A DNA stretch of 64,000 nucleotides from Eledone cirrhosa. Lineage: Eukaryota. The notes below the pieces were generated by a model. That model saw nothing but the letters and a program-made list of their open reading frames with translations. It was not told the DNA's origin and made no database searches. The DNA lies in the NCBI GenBank assembly GCA_964016885.1, contig OZ024747.1, forward strand, positions 78,864,001 to 78,928,000. Direction: 5' to 3'. A program made the position numbers and the translations under genes. Shown here piece by piece: positions 39,378 to 52,451 of the stretch; position 1 is the stretch's first letter, and each line of letters begins with the position of its first letter.

Positions 39378-40831
39378 GGTGGCTGCCAACTCGTTTTCGA
39401 GTACGGCCACTACTTTATATCCATGTAGGAGAACCCCTACCGATGCGCTGAACGAGTGTGACTTTTTAGTCCAGCCAGCGACTTGAAAACTCTGGTAGTG
39501 CTGGGCCCAGGGTACCATGTGACGACAAGTGCAGACAGATCTCCACATATAAAGCAATGCCTGTGCCGTGAAGCTTTTATAGTGAGCAAAGGCACTGCAC
39601 AAAGCCAGTTCCACTCTCTTAACCAAGATGATATTTACCAAAAAGAAGAACAAGTCAACATCATTGGATACCATCAGGGTTGCAGGTGTTATATCAGAGT
39701 TTTCCTTCTCCTAGAATTCTGCCTTGACATGCATACATACATTCACACACATTGTAGTATAATTATTTCATATAAAATTGCTTCAGGAAAAGCAAAACCT
39801 AATAAGAATACAGAACTGCTTCTGCTGTTGATACTAATAATAAACAGACCTTCTACAAGCTGAAGTGAGTTTCAATGGTGGTCAGCTTTACAATTGTAAG
39901 GCCATGATAACATAGACACTGCATAATTGTAAATTGTTCATTTGTTTATTTATACCAACACTTCAATGAAACCAGACATATTTTTCACTACTACATATAG
40001 ATATGTCTGTGTAGTTAAAGAGTTTAATTTGTAACCATGTGACATTGGGTTCAATTCCACAGCTTGGCACCTTGAGCAAGAGTCTTCTACTAGATCTTTG
40101 TCTTGACCAATGTCCAGAGTATAATTTAGTTGAAATTGTGTAGAAGTCTGTCATATGTCTGTGTCTCTGTGTCTCTGTGTCTCTGTGTGTCTGTGTGTGT
40201 GTGTGTGTGCGTGTGTGTGTGTGTGTGTGTCAGTCCAGTTGAGTTATAGGGAGCAACTAAAAGGCTAGGCACCAGAAAGGGCATCTGGCTGTGAAACATT
40301 GCCACAAAAAGGACCTCATGAGGAGTGTGAAGCTTATCCCGGAGCCCACAAGGCTAACCCTTGCTGTAACAAGGGAAAATGGTCTTAAAATGGATGTTGT
40401 GTGTGCGTGTTCTTGTCTGTGTTTATGTTTATGCTCCATAACCTAACAGTTCGACAAAAAGGGATTGATAAAATAAGTGACTCAAAACAAATATGTACAT
40501 ACGGTGGTCAGTATGACCCCTAAATCCCTTCAAGGTGATGATCTAGTATGGGTTAATAATGATTTCTGATTTTGGGAGGAGGGGAAGTTGATTAAATCGA
40601 TCTCAGTGGATTACTGGTACTTTACTTATCGACCTCATAAAGATGAAAGACAAAGCTAGCCTCGGCGGGATTTGAACTCAGAACGTAAAAGGGCGTAACT
40701 CTGTGCCGCAAAAAAATGTATTTATTTATTTATGATAAAGTTAGTTAGATTACCAATTTCTTATTTATTTTCAATATAATTTTAAAATCACAGGCAGTGT
40801 GTTTTATTAGAAATATGGCAACGAAAGGGTT

Positions 40832-41014
40832 AATAATTGTTTCTACTATTAGCACAAGGCCAACAATTACCCCAGTGTATTACTGGTACTTTATTTTATC
40901 GATCCCGTAAGGATGAAAGGCAAAGTTAACCTCGGCAGGATTTGAACTCAGAACGTAAAGAGCTGTAACTCTATGCTGCAAAGCATAGCGTCTGACGTTC
41001 TACCGATACTGCCA
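40832..41014 (-). mobile_element. tRNA-derived SINE S1
   Basis: Reverse S1 unit. A second partial copy lies at about 40555-40710. Confidence 0.82.
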
Positions 41015-42174
41015 AAGTAAAATAGATGACAATGATAAAATTCCATTTTTCTTCTTTAACTAGGACCGTGACAAGTGGAAAGATGCTGAGCTGAATAGGA
41101 CCCGTCCCACCGTTGCAAGCAGGGAAAAGCGGACGTATGATGATGATGATGATGATAGGCAAGAGATTATTCAAGCAAGAAAAAGCTGAATGAATAAGAC
41201 TTCCAAATATTACAGATAGTTTTGATTTAGTCCAGAAAGATGAAAGTATTGGTGCCTCGTTCTACTATAAATCACCAAACAGTTTTATTATCACCAAACA
41301 TATTATTATCACTAGTAAAATCACGTCGCTACGTTGCCGGTAAAATATGTTAATCGCGTACCTTAATAGTTCAAATAATATTTAGATTGACTTTCTCGGT
41401 GAAGATTAATAACAGTTTAAATACTGTTGAACAATAACATTTATTTAAAATACTTCATATTCTACAGGATAAACACATTCTTCGAACTGTATCTTATTAG
41501 ATTCTTGAGAAAATAACATAACAATGTTATTATGACGTCACAATTGGTGAATTACGCTTTAAACTATCTTTCACACACTCTCTCTCTCTTTCACTGCATT
41601 TCTCTCTCAACAAAAACAACTTTTCACACATGTATGTAGGAGGGGGAGGGTGAAAGTTGTTGTTGAGCGAGAAATACATAAATTGCTGACCTTGTGCCTA
41701 AATTAGAAAATATTATTACAATAACAACAAACTTTAACAATGGGGAAAAAATAGAAATTGAAAATTTCTAAAAGGAATCGGCAGTGTCAAAGTTCTAAAT
41801 GATTTATCTACCATACACACAAAAACACTTGTAAATAAATTCAACAGCCTGCCAAAGTAATCAGAAATAACAGTGGAAAGGTTAATGGAAGGTAGGAAAA
41901 CTCATTCCTAAAACTCTGACACCACCCACTCCAGAGAACTGTTAAGTAAATTACTCCTTTTCAACAACATAAACAATTCTGACATCCATATTATCCTTCC
42001 TTGGCCCACTAATTCTAATGGAGCTGTAGGTCTACAGTCATGACATATGGCATGTCTCATGCAGTTTTAAACTTGGCAGAGCCCATGCCTCTCCAAGTCT
42101 GACCAGAGCTAATTTCTTCCAGAGAAAAAAGAGAGAGAGAAGGAGAATCAACCCTAGTCCTGAGTGATAATCAT

Positions 42175-43230
42175 AATAATTGTTTCTGATTTAAACCCTT
42201 TAGCATTTAAACCTGCCATATCCGGCCAGAATTCTATCATCTCTTTCTGTTCAAACTGGCTGTAACTGGCCAATCATACTGATGTTAAGGTATTGTTCTC
42301 AAAATAAACATCCTCAAAATCTCATAGATTCGATATTATGTGAGATATGTAGGATAAAGTCTTTACCACAAAAATACGATAGTATATATATAATGTAAAT
42401 GCTAATGAGTTAAGTATAAGGCCAACAATTTTTTTTGGGGGGGAGGGGAGTCCATTAAATCGACCCCAGTGTGTTACTGGTACTTTATTTTATCGACCCC
42501 GTAAGGATGAAAGGCAAAGTTGACCACAGCTGGATCTGAACTCAAATTGTAAAGATTGGAGCGCTGCAAAGCATTCTGTCTGAAGTTCTAACAGTTTTGT
42601 GAATCCACTGCCCTAATAATAATTGTTTCTACGTTTGGCACAAGGCCAGCAATTACCCAGTACATTACTGGTACTTTATTCTATCGACCCCATAAGGATG
42701 AAAGTCAAAGTTAACCTCGGCGGGATATGAACTCAGAATGGCAAGGGCCGTAACTCTATACGTCAAAGCATGGCGTCCGACCCTGCCCTAATAATAATGG
42801 TTTCTACTTTTGGCACAAGGCCAGTAATTTTAAGGGAAGGGGAAAGTCGATTAAATCCACCCCAGTGTATTCCTGGTACTTTATTTTATCAACCCTGGAA
42901 GGATGAAAGCTAACCTCAGCAGTATTTGAACTGAAAACAAAGAACACAAAGCATTGTGTCTGATGTTCTGAATAATAATAGTAGTAATAATTGTTCTACT
43001 TTTGGCACAAGGCCAGCAATTACCCAGTGCATTACTGGTACTTTATTTTATCGACCCTATAAGGATGAAAGGCAAAGTTAACCTCGGCGGGATTTGAACT
43101 CAGAATGGCAAGGGCCGTAACTCTATGCGTCAAAGCATGGCGTCCGACTCTCTACCGATACTGCCAATCCACCGCCCTAGTAGTAGTAGTAGTAATAATG
43201 TTTTAATTTAGGCACAGGGCCAGCAATTTG
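42175..43230 (-). mobile_element. Head-to-tail cluster of four to five S1 SINE copies
   Basis: Units at about 42175-42613 (interrupted by a MITE), 42615-42787, 42790-42970, 42985-43177 (full length) and a tail fragment at 43195-43230. All share one orientation. The core resembles the Meta/MESC-type SINE domain (from recall, unverified). Confidence 0.85.
42196..42409. mobile_element. piggyBac-like MITE P1 inserted in a SINE tail
   Basis: tgtttctgatttaa[accctttagcattt...aatgctaatgag]ttaagtataaggcc splits an S1 tail at TTAA. Confidence 0.8.
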
Positions 43231-43330
43231 GGGAAATTCAATTATATAAAGCCATTTTCTTTATGTAGAGGATTTAGAAATATTGGAGACATCAACCACA
43301 CTTATAAAACTTTTCATGAACTCAGCTAAT

Positions 43331-43653
43331 ATCATCATCATCATCATTTTACGTCCACTTTTCCCTGCTTGCAAGGGTGGGACGGGAACTGATTGTGGCT
43401 TGATTTCTACAGCTGGATGCCCTTCCTAACACCAACCTCATTTACAGTGAGTGCTGGGTGGTTTTTGCCGTGGCACCTACACGACCACTTTACAGTGGAA
43501 TGATATGGACCCCATTTCTACAGCTGAGTAAACTGGAGCAATGTGAAATAAAGTGTCTTGCTCAAGGAAACAACACATCACCCGATCTGAGAATTGAACT
43601 CACAACGTTTCGATTGCAAGGCCAATGCTCTAACCACTAAGCCATGTGCCTCC
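43331..43653 (-). mobile_element. tRNA-derived SINE S2, full length, (GAT)n tail
   Basis: On the minus strand: A box tggcttagtggttagagc, B box gagttcaattct, CORE-like centre, gttggtgttaggaagggcatccagc segment, and gatgatgat tail. Confidence 0.85.
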
Positions 43654-45516
43654 ATATATATATTTAATGGAATATGAAATCAACTCTTAATATGATTTAG
43701 CAGAAAACATCTGAAAAAAAAAAGATTTGTTGATTTAAATGTTTATAGCATCTTTAGCAATTGACAGAATATTGCAGTAAATATTTGCAGTATTATATTA
43801 AAGATTTGACTGTGTAATGTGATATAGTCAGTGTTGTTTTATACTTTTTTTAAATGTCTGGCTAATGTGGTTTCATGTGGGACAGAACCTTAAGAATGAA
43901 ACGAATGAAACAAATGCACCAAAACCACCTAAAAGGTCAAATTAATGTGTGTGGGGGTAAGACCTTGTAATCAAAGAATTAGAATAAGGAAATTCATACA
44001 ATTATTCAGTATTAGATAAAACTGATATGATGCAACATAAAATATTGGAGAAAATTAGTTAAGAGCGATGAATAGAAAATTATAAGAGTCAGACTGTTAT
44101 AAATTCAATGTCATAAATATAACAGTAAGTTTATATACAGATAAATAAAGCAACAGGTTTAAATATAGATATAGAAAGCAATAGGTTGAAATACAGCTAG
44201 TCATAAGTTACGGTTGCTCTATAATAAATTGGAAATTAAGTGAACAGTGGAGCTCAGACAGAAAAATGAGAAAACTACTGACTGCCTTCCCATTTCATCA
44301 ACTAAAAAAGGATATAGATAATATGTACCTACCAATCATACAGAAAGGAAACAACTTGATATGACTAGAGTATTATATTAGTATCCACAGTGGATTTAGA
44401 AAAATACTTGAAAGAAAACAAAAGCAACCAGATTAAATATAAGGGAACAAAAAAAAAAAAAAAATGACGATATATATATATATATCAGAAAATAATATAT
44501 ATAAATTAGAAGCTGGGGAAAGAGATGATAAGGACAAAATTACAGCTAAAAAGAAAAATACAAAATCAGAGAGGAAATACTAAAAAACAACAAAACACAT
44601 CCTAATAAAAAGATGGGAAGCTCTCCATGGTTATCCAGCAATACTGGATAGAGATGTGTGCCAATATCAATAAGAAAATGAACAATGACTCAAAAGCTAA
44701 AAATAAGAATTAAAAAAAAAAAAAAAATAGTATGCAAAAGATCAATTCCTTCCTAACCACTAACAACTACCAAAGTAAAGAGACTGAACAGAAGACTAAC
44801 AGTTGTAGATTGTGGTTAGTACTAAGAAACAATTCACCACCTCTAGCTGTTCTGCTTTTGCAAAAGTGGAATTTAACCACAAGTATACCCAAATAGGTAG
44901 CTACCATTGGGCACATATGTTGGAACTCTGACACTGGAACAGGAAATAGGTGGTATAAATACACTGTAAATTAATTGATATTTAACAGTGTTTGAGCTAT
45001 GATACTCTAGAAAATTCTAATCTTAGGCTGACAAAGTAAACTTCCTCAATATCATATTCAAAGATAGAAAGAAAATGTATTACCTATGATAAAAAATAAA
45101 AAACAGTAACAATAATATTTGAATGGTAAAAAGAACATAAGTGAAACAAAAATACAACCCATACACCCATATAGTAGCATTTGAAACAAAAATTAGCAAT
45201 TTGCTTGACACAAGTAGTACACCTAATAAAAAAATATATATATATCATTTTCTTGTAGTAGATTGTTGAGTTGTTGAACAGTGAATTGGTACAGTTTTTA
45301 AAATGGATAAAATGCTTTGTAGTATCCGTTCTAGCTCTGTTTAAATCCCACCAAAGTAAACTTTGATTTTCATCCTTTCAAAGTCAATAAAAAAAGTACC
45401 AGTCCAGTACTAGAGTCAGTTCTTCTGCTCTATCCCTCTCTGTCTCTCCCTCAATTTCTCTTGAAGAAATCAACTATGTTCCGACCTGGAGAGGAGATGG
45501 GCCCTGCCAGGTTTAA

Positions 45517-45737
45517 CCCTTTAGCATTTGCATTATTCTATATTTACTATTGTATTTTCATGGTAAACACTTTATCTCATATAATTATCTCACATAATAT
45601 CAAATCTACGAGATTTTAATATTATTTATTTTGAAAACAATACCTTAAGATAAGCATGAGCAGCTGGTTTTGGCCAGTTTGAACAGAAAGAGGTGAGAGA
45701 ATTCTGGCTGGATACGGCCGGTTTAAATGCTAAAGGG
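45517..45737. mobile_element. piggyBac-like MITE P1
   Basis: ttaa|ccctttagcattt...aaatgctaaaggg|ttaa with perfect 13-bp TIRs. Confidence 0.85.
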
Positions 45738-46459
45738 TTAAAGTGTCCAAGACATGCCGTATATCACAATGCCAGCCCTAGGTGTTACAAGTCTGTCCAC
45801 ACAATACATACAGTTGAGTGGTTAGCATTAGAAAGTGCAATATTTCTACCAAAGGAAATATGAAAACATTTAAATATGCAGAACAATCCAACTTGCTAAA
45901 AAAAGCAAAATGAATGCTAAAAATATTAGCAAAACATAAAAATAAAAGATTCTAGAAATATTTTACTTCTTCATTGGTTAAAATTCCCAGTGGTCTAAAA
46001 TAGAAATATTTCTAGTATGTGTGAGAAAATCTATTTTGGGATTCTGCTTAGTGATAAAAATATCGTGAACTATTGTTGTTGTAGTTTTGTTTTTATAGCT
46101 GTTTCAATATTCTGAACAAACCAATTATAGAGCATTGATTTATATTTTTCAGAGTGATACTAAAATCTGTAACATTGCACTATCATTAATAATGAGTTAA
46201 CAACCAATGCCAAGTCAATGCAGTGAACTATGTTTACAAAATATATCAAAATAAATAAATAAATCAACAAGCAAACACATAAATACTGAATTTCACTTCC
46301 AGTAAATTCAGGTTGTTTAGTTGGTGGCATATAACAATGTAGACAAAACTGACTTTTCTCTTCTGAAAACATATGCTTGGTAAAAGCCAAAGATCTACCA
46401 AAACAGCTAAAATACTTACAATAAGGCTAATTACTAACAATAAACTATAGTCTCAGTAT

Positions 46460-46883
46460 TTAACCCTTTCATTACCATATTTCTAACAAAAGATACTGCC
46501 TATTATTTGCAAATCATTTTGAAAATAATCAAGAACTTGGAGAGATTTAATTAATATAATTAAATCTTAATATCCTGCAATGATTTAGAAAATAATTGTA
46601 AAAAATGGGTTTGTTAATGCAAACGTTTATAATATCTTTAATAGTGGATAGATTATTATGGACATTTTTAATGTGATGCAGTCATAGTTCTGGGTGGGCT
46701 TTTCAAGAATACTTTGCTAATGCTGTTTCATGCAGTACAGGACATTTTTTTTTAATAGTCTAGCGTTTTGAACATAACTTGATAAATGTTCTTACATAAA
46801 ACTATGATGGAAGGCTTTTAGATAAATATAAACACTTTAAAACAAATAGTTTTGTATCAGAGAAACAAGGGTTGTTTCAAATA
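46460..46883. mobile_element. MITE family P2 carrying a nested P3 copy
   Basis: ttaaccctttcattaccatatttc...gtttggtatcaaatgagttaa. Related copies lie near 4165-4362, 8485-8720, 14008-14330, 15907-16121, 47220-47452, 50810-50941 and from 52800. Confidence 0.6.
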
Positions 46884-48016
46884 GTTTGGTATCAAATGAG
46901 TTAACTTAAAATAGATTTTACTTGAATCTTAATTTGAGGAAAAGGTAAGCTGTTTCACTTATTGCACTCATGGTCCCAACACAACCACTTACAGGTTATA
47001 CTGGATACATTTTATCATAGCACCAACACTAACACATTGCAGAGTATATAAGGTGCATTTTTATTATGGCACCAACACAAGGGTAGTGGTTGTTGTGACA
47101 TGTTCCTTAATAGTTAAGTACCAATAGAGGTGGCTCTTTGATATACCATATATAAACCCCATTTCCATTTCAGCAGGGAATATTAAGAAAGAAATACCTG
47201 GGTGCTTACATCTAAGCATTTAACCCTTTTCATACCAACCTACCCCAAACCACCTCTGGTTCTATGAAACAAAATCACATTTTAAAAGGTCTCTATTTAA
47301 ATCAAAACTTTCCTACATAATTTGAAATAAGAATTTTTAAAGTTATATATACCATATAAATACCATCATAATGAAATAATAATTTTAGTAAATCTATCCT
47401 AATTCTTCATTAATTAAAATGTGCTTCATTAGAAATATGTTAATGAAAAAGTTCATATTACTAATACCTCTACTTTGCATATAAGACCTGGGTGGTAGTT
47501 TATAGACTCCCGTCACATTAGGTGGTTTATTAGCTCACAGTTCCAAGTTTCAATATTACCAAAACTAAGCTAGGTTTACCATTGGTTAAGGATTAGAGAG
47601 TTGCATAAAAAATGATTTCCAGCAGTCTGTCAAGAATCTTATTATTACAATGTACCAGTTTACCCCACATTAAAGAAATAATCATCTACAGACACTTAAT
47701 GAATAGTTATACACCCATTGACATTAAATATTAAAACATTTCTACTAAAACATTGTACAAATTATTTTGGATGCCATAAAAATAGCTGTAAAAAGAGTTA
47801 TGTCTCTAAAACTAAGTAGTAAGAACTAAAACACTTGTGAAATAGACCAGATTAAATCTTAGTTAAACATTGAAGAATTAATGGAGTCAAACACTTGCAC
47901 TTTTTCATGTATATGTCTGTATTGTTGATATCAAACCTTCTTTGCAGGATCAACATCTCATTCTTTCCTTTATCCGTGACTTTTAAAAGAATTACACTTC
48001 TAGAAAACAGCTTAGA

Positions 48017-48247
48017 TTAACCATTAACATCCTGTACGACATCAAACTGCTTTATCAAGACATTTTTGTAAAGTATAACACAGCAATGATTACATTAAAA
48101 CTTAAAATCTTTACTCAGATACTTCAAATTTCCACAACAATCTGTCCACAAGTGAAGATACTATAAGCATTTAAACATTTGAATTAACAAACCTGTTTCT
48201 TAAGATATTTTCTGCTAAATCATTCATTATAGGATGTTAAGAGTTAA
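48017..48247. mobile_element. MITE family P3
   Basis: ttaa-ccattaacatcct ... aggatgttaagag-ttaa. Confidence 0.72.
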
Positions 48248-49368
48248 GGACATTACTTCTATGAATCTTTAATTTCAACACTTCAGGGTTTGTGGACAAA
48301 TGTTTGTCAATATTTTGGTTTTAGGGTTTTTATCTTCTTTCTTAACTGGATATAATACTCAAATATATATTAGTTTTCAGGAGCCTATTATTGTAATTTT
48401 ATGAGAGAGGGTCCCTTTGGTTATGATTGGTCATAAGTTTGTACTTCTCCAAGAGCAAATATCATTTATCATAGTCATGGGTCAACCCAAGCCTTGTCAG
48501 TAAAATTAGGTGGAGGGAAACTGTTTGGTACCCTGTCAAATGTATTATACTTGTAATTCAAAGGGCCAGTTTTGTCACACACTATGTCATGTTGGATCTC
48601 TGAGAGTTTCTTATATTATGGGTCCATTTGTCTATGGAATGCTTAGCCACTTACAAAATTAATTCATGAGCAAGCAACTAGAACACTCAGTGTCGAAACT
48701 GCCAAAGGTTCGTTCTACTCCATTCCATATCAATAGTATTGTATAGATAAAGAAAAACAGAACAAAAGAACATTCTCCATATACAAGTGAAAAAAACAAA
48801 ATTATTTCTAAAATTGGCACAAGGCCAGCAATTTGGAGGAAGGGCAGAGTCAATTATATTGACACTAGTATTTAACTGGTACTTTATTTTATTAATATGA
48901 GAAAGATGAAAGCAAAGTTGACTTTGAATGGATTTGAACTCAGAGGACCGAAACAAATACTACAAGCATTTTATTTAACATTCTACCGACTCTGCCAATT
49001 TGCAGACTAGAAAAACAAAGAAAAAACAATAAATAAGCAGGAAGTTCATTCTGCTGTATTCATTGAGAAACATTCACTTTCTTAGTTCCATTTCAAACTA
49101 ATTATCTAGCAAAACAGGTATTTTCTTGTGTTTTGTCTAGTTTACTACTTTTTCTTATCTTTATACCCCACCCCACCCTACATCACTACTATTAAAAATT
49201 TGTCACAATATCATTAATATGCCATATAATACAAACCTTTCTATCTTTTGTAAAGTTATCTCTGGGCTATAATATAACACAAATCTGTCCCCATAGAAAG
49301 AAAAGCAAAAAAAAATAAAATTGTAAAATCTTTAATTACTGCCTTGACAGCAAAGTTGCCTCATTTCA

Positions 49369-49651
49369 GTGGTACATTTTCTCCCTGTACTACCAAACTG
49401 AAATAATTGTTTCTACTTTTGGCACAAGGCCAGCAATTACCCGTAAAGCATGGCGTCCGACCCTCTACTGATACTGCCAAAGGCCCTTTATGGTCAGAGT
49501 TCAAATCCCACCGAGGTTAACTTTGCCTTTCATCCTTACAGGGTCGATAAAATAAAGTACCAGTAATGCACTAGGATAATTGCTGGCCTTGTGCCAAAAG
49601 TAGAAACAATTATTTCAGTTTGGTTTTTAGTACAGGGAGAAAAGGTACCAC
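49369..49651. repeat. Rearranged S1 SINE with an inverted duplication of tail plus flank
   Basis: Arms 49369-49439 and 49577-49651 are reverse complements. An inverted SINE head lies at 49443-49480 and the forward body starts at 49481. Confidence 0.88.
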
Positions 49652-52355
49652 AATAATATCAAGTACAAAGACTTATAGATACCTGCTTTACACCTTACAG
49701 GGGAGGAGGGAGGAATTGGTAAGGTGGTAGTAGTAGTAGTAGTAGTAGCAGTGGGGATGGTGGTGGTAATGGAAAAACAACAGACAGTAAGAATATAGTT
49801 TTAACAGGAACAGGAAATAGCTCCCATCACTGCAGACAGACACCAGATCAATTGTTTCCTTAGTTTTTGCTCAGATTTTGGTTAATTATTCCTTTTTCCC
49901 ATTTTAAAAGTAACATATGCATCTCGGCCTGTACACACATACACACATACACACTGACACACACACACACACACACACACCATTTATTCTCCTTTGGAAT
50001 ATTTCAGAGAGAAAAAAAAAAATCAACTTATATAAATAGAAGAATATTACTCAGAAAGTGAGGAATTAACAAGACACCTATAGAAAGAAGTGAATCATAG
50101 AGGAAGTATTTCTTTAACAGACAAGCATCTTTTACAAGTGCTGAAGAGTATTTATTTGAGACTAACACTACACAGACATATATATATATGCATACACACA
50201 CACACACGAGATGAAAAATACATGCAATAAACTCTGTAAAGTGGTTGGCATTAGGAAGGGCATCCAGTCATAGAAACCATGCCAAAATATGGAACATATG
50301 AGCTAGACAGTTCCCTACGCAGTCTAGTCTTTGGTCGTGTCAACTTGTCTAACCCTTGTTAGCATGGAATGTGAACGTAAAATGATGATGATGATATATG
50401 ATCACACACAACAACAACAACAGCAACAACAACAACAATGATGTTGATCTTATTATTTCAGCAGAGTCGGCTATGGATAGTTTATTGAAATTCTGAATTT
50501 ACAGCAAATGTTTAAACTACATATCTTACGCATCTTGATTGTTCGTAAAGATTAATTAAACGATTAAAACTACTTTTTCTCTTGTTTTCCCTTTGTTTAC
50601 ATGACACTTCAATCTATATAATCTCTATTAATCTTTTGGTATCATATTTTACATGAACACTTTCAGCTTGAAAGATTAAATTAAACAAAGGAAGGGTGGG
50701 CATACACATTGAAATATTTTAGTAGTGGTTGTTTAGTGGCATGAAAAATATTCAAAACATTTTTCATTGCAGACAAGAGTAGAATATTTCCAATACCCTA
50801 TACTGTTGACTAACCTTTTTCATACCAAACCACCTGAAACCGACAGATTTTATGATTTAAAGCCATTTATTTTTTTTAAGTGTTCTTGTTGAAAATGGTA
50901 GGCAGTGTATTTCATTAAAGATACGGTAATGAAAAAGTTAAGTAACTTACAAATGATATTTCTATGATGAACAGATATCAAAGAGGCAGTTCATAAAATG
51001 TTGACAATCCTGATCAGGAGTTTTCTTCTAAATTATTACAAGATGTTAAAAGTTAAAGTATTTAACTAGTTTAGTTGTTAATGTCAGATCAATGGTAAGA
51101 CAAACTGACTGCATAATTACTTGATAAGTGATCAGATTGAGTTTAAATTCTACATAGATATAAATGCAATCAAAAGTGGGTGTTTTTCATTATAATGAAA
51201 GACAATGAACTAGACAAAAGAATAACTACAAAACAAAAATTAAAGACATGACACTGGAGAAGAAAATACTGTTGCTAATTATGATGGAAAATAAAAGAGA
51301 CTTCATGAATATCACAGATTCAACTTCCTACTCCAATATTAATCTAAGGTTTCATGATTATATAAAACATTAACATCATTTACTTAGCAACAAAAAAAAT
51401 ACCCTGAAGAAAATATTAATCTCTTTGCTATCATTACAACAACCTATTAAACACAGTAAAAGAAATCATATTAATGACACATGATCATATTTAATTGTAC
51501 CCTGTTTTATAGCCAGTTGTTTAATGGTGGAATTTGTTGTATAAATCTTCAAAATTCAAATAATTCAGCTAAAACTGTTAGTAACAGTAATGGTCGAATT
51601 TCTTTTCTTTTCTTTCCTTCTCTGTTCTGTTAAATTCTCTCTCTCAATTACAAATACTATATTAAATGCTGGTGTCAGGTAGAAACCTTAGCCAACACTA
51701 ACTATTTTCCTAGCTAAGTAAATAGAATGTGACTTAGCCAGGAGCAGAGAATGGAGGTTGAAAAGATACATGACATACAATTATTTAGACAGATATCCCT
51801 CCTCCTCTCATACCACCCAATCACTCTTTAACAAATATCCTCCTCTGTCTTCTTTACTCCTCCTCATCATTATTATCAATGACTCAACATTTGGTTTTCT
51901 ATGTCAAAATAGATAGGAAGGGTTTCCAGTATAACAATCCTATTGTGTTAGCCCAACAATGAAATGTCAAACCCAAACATCTATTGTAATTTTAACTATT
52001 TCATTACAATACACCAGCTGCAACATGTATACCAGTTCTAGTAATCAGCATGTTTTCACCTAAAATGCACACACATTATCAGCCCATACCTGTTAAGTTA
52101 TCTCTTGTTTAAAAACACTAACCAATACTTCTCATACAGTCACTTTTGGAAATTGCACTCAGTGGGTAAATAAAATTATTTTCCCCTGAAGAGTTTTAGA
52201 TTACTAAACTAAAGACATGCTTGATGATAAAAAAAAAAAAAGTACACCACTTTATTCAGATAAGTCATCGCTGAGGTAAATAAGTGCAGGTTACATTCTA
52301 TGTTGAAATAAAACTCTATGAAGCTACCTGAGTAAATAAAAGCAACATTTTTATA

Positions 52356-52356
<1 letters not shown>

Positions 52357-52449
<93 letters not shown>
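52357..52449. repeat. (CA)n microsatellite
   Basis: Read directly from the sequence. Confidence 0.95.

Positions 52450-52451
<2 letters not shown>

Noticed and set aside
42985-43177. tRNA gene (A and B boxes)
   Set aside because: The boxes belong to a multi-copy SINE head with extended spacing and a SINE body and tail; there is no cloverleaf.
44838-44933. Exon candidate after the acceptor cctatttcctgttccag
   Set aside because: The donor is ambiguous and weak (gtgaat or gtatac), and no peptide is recognisable.
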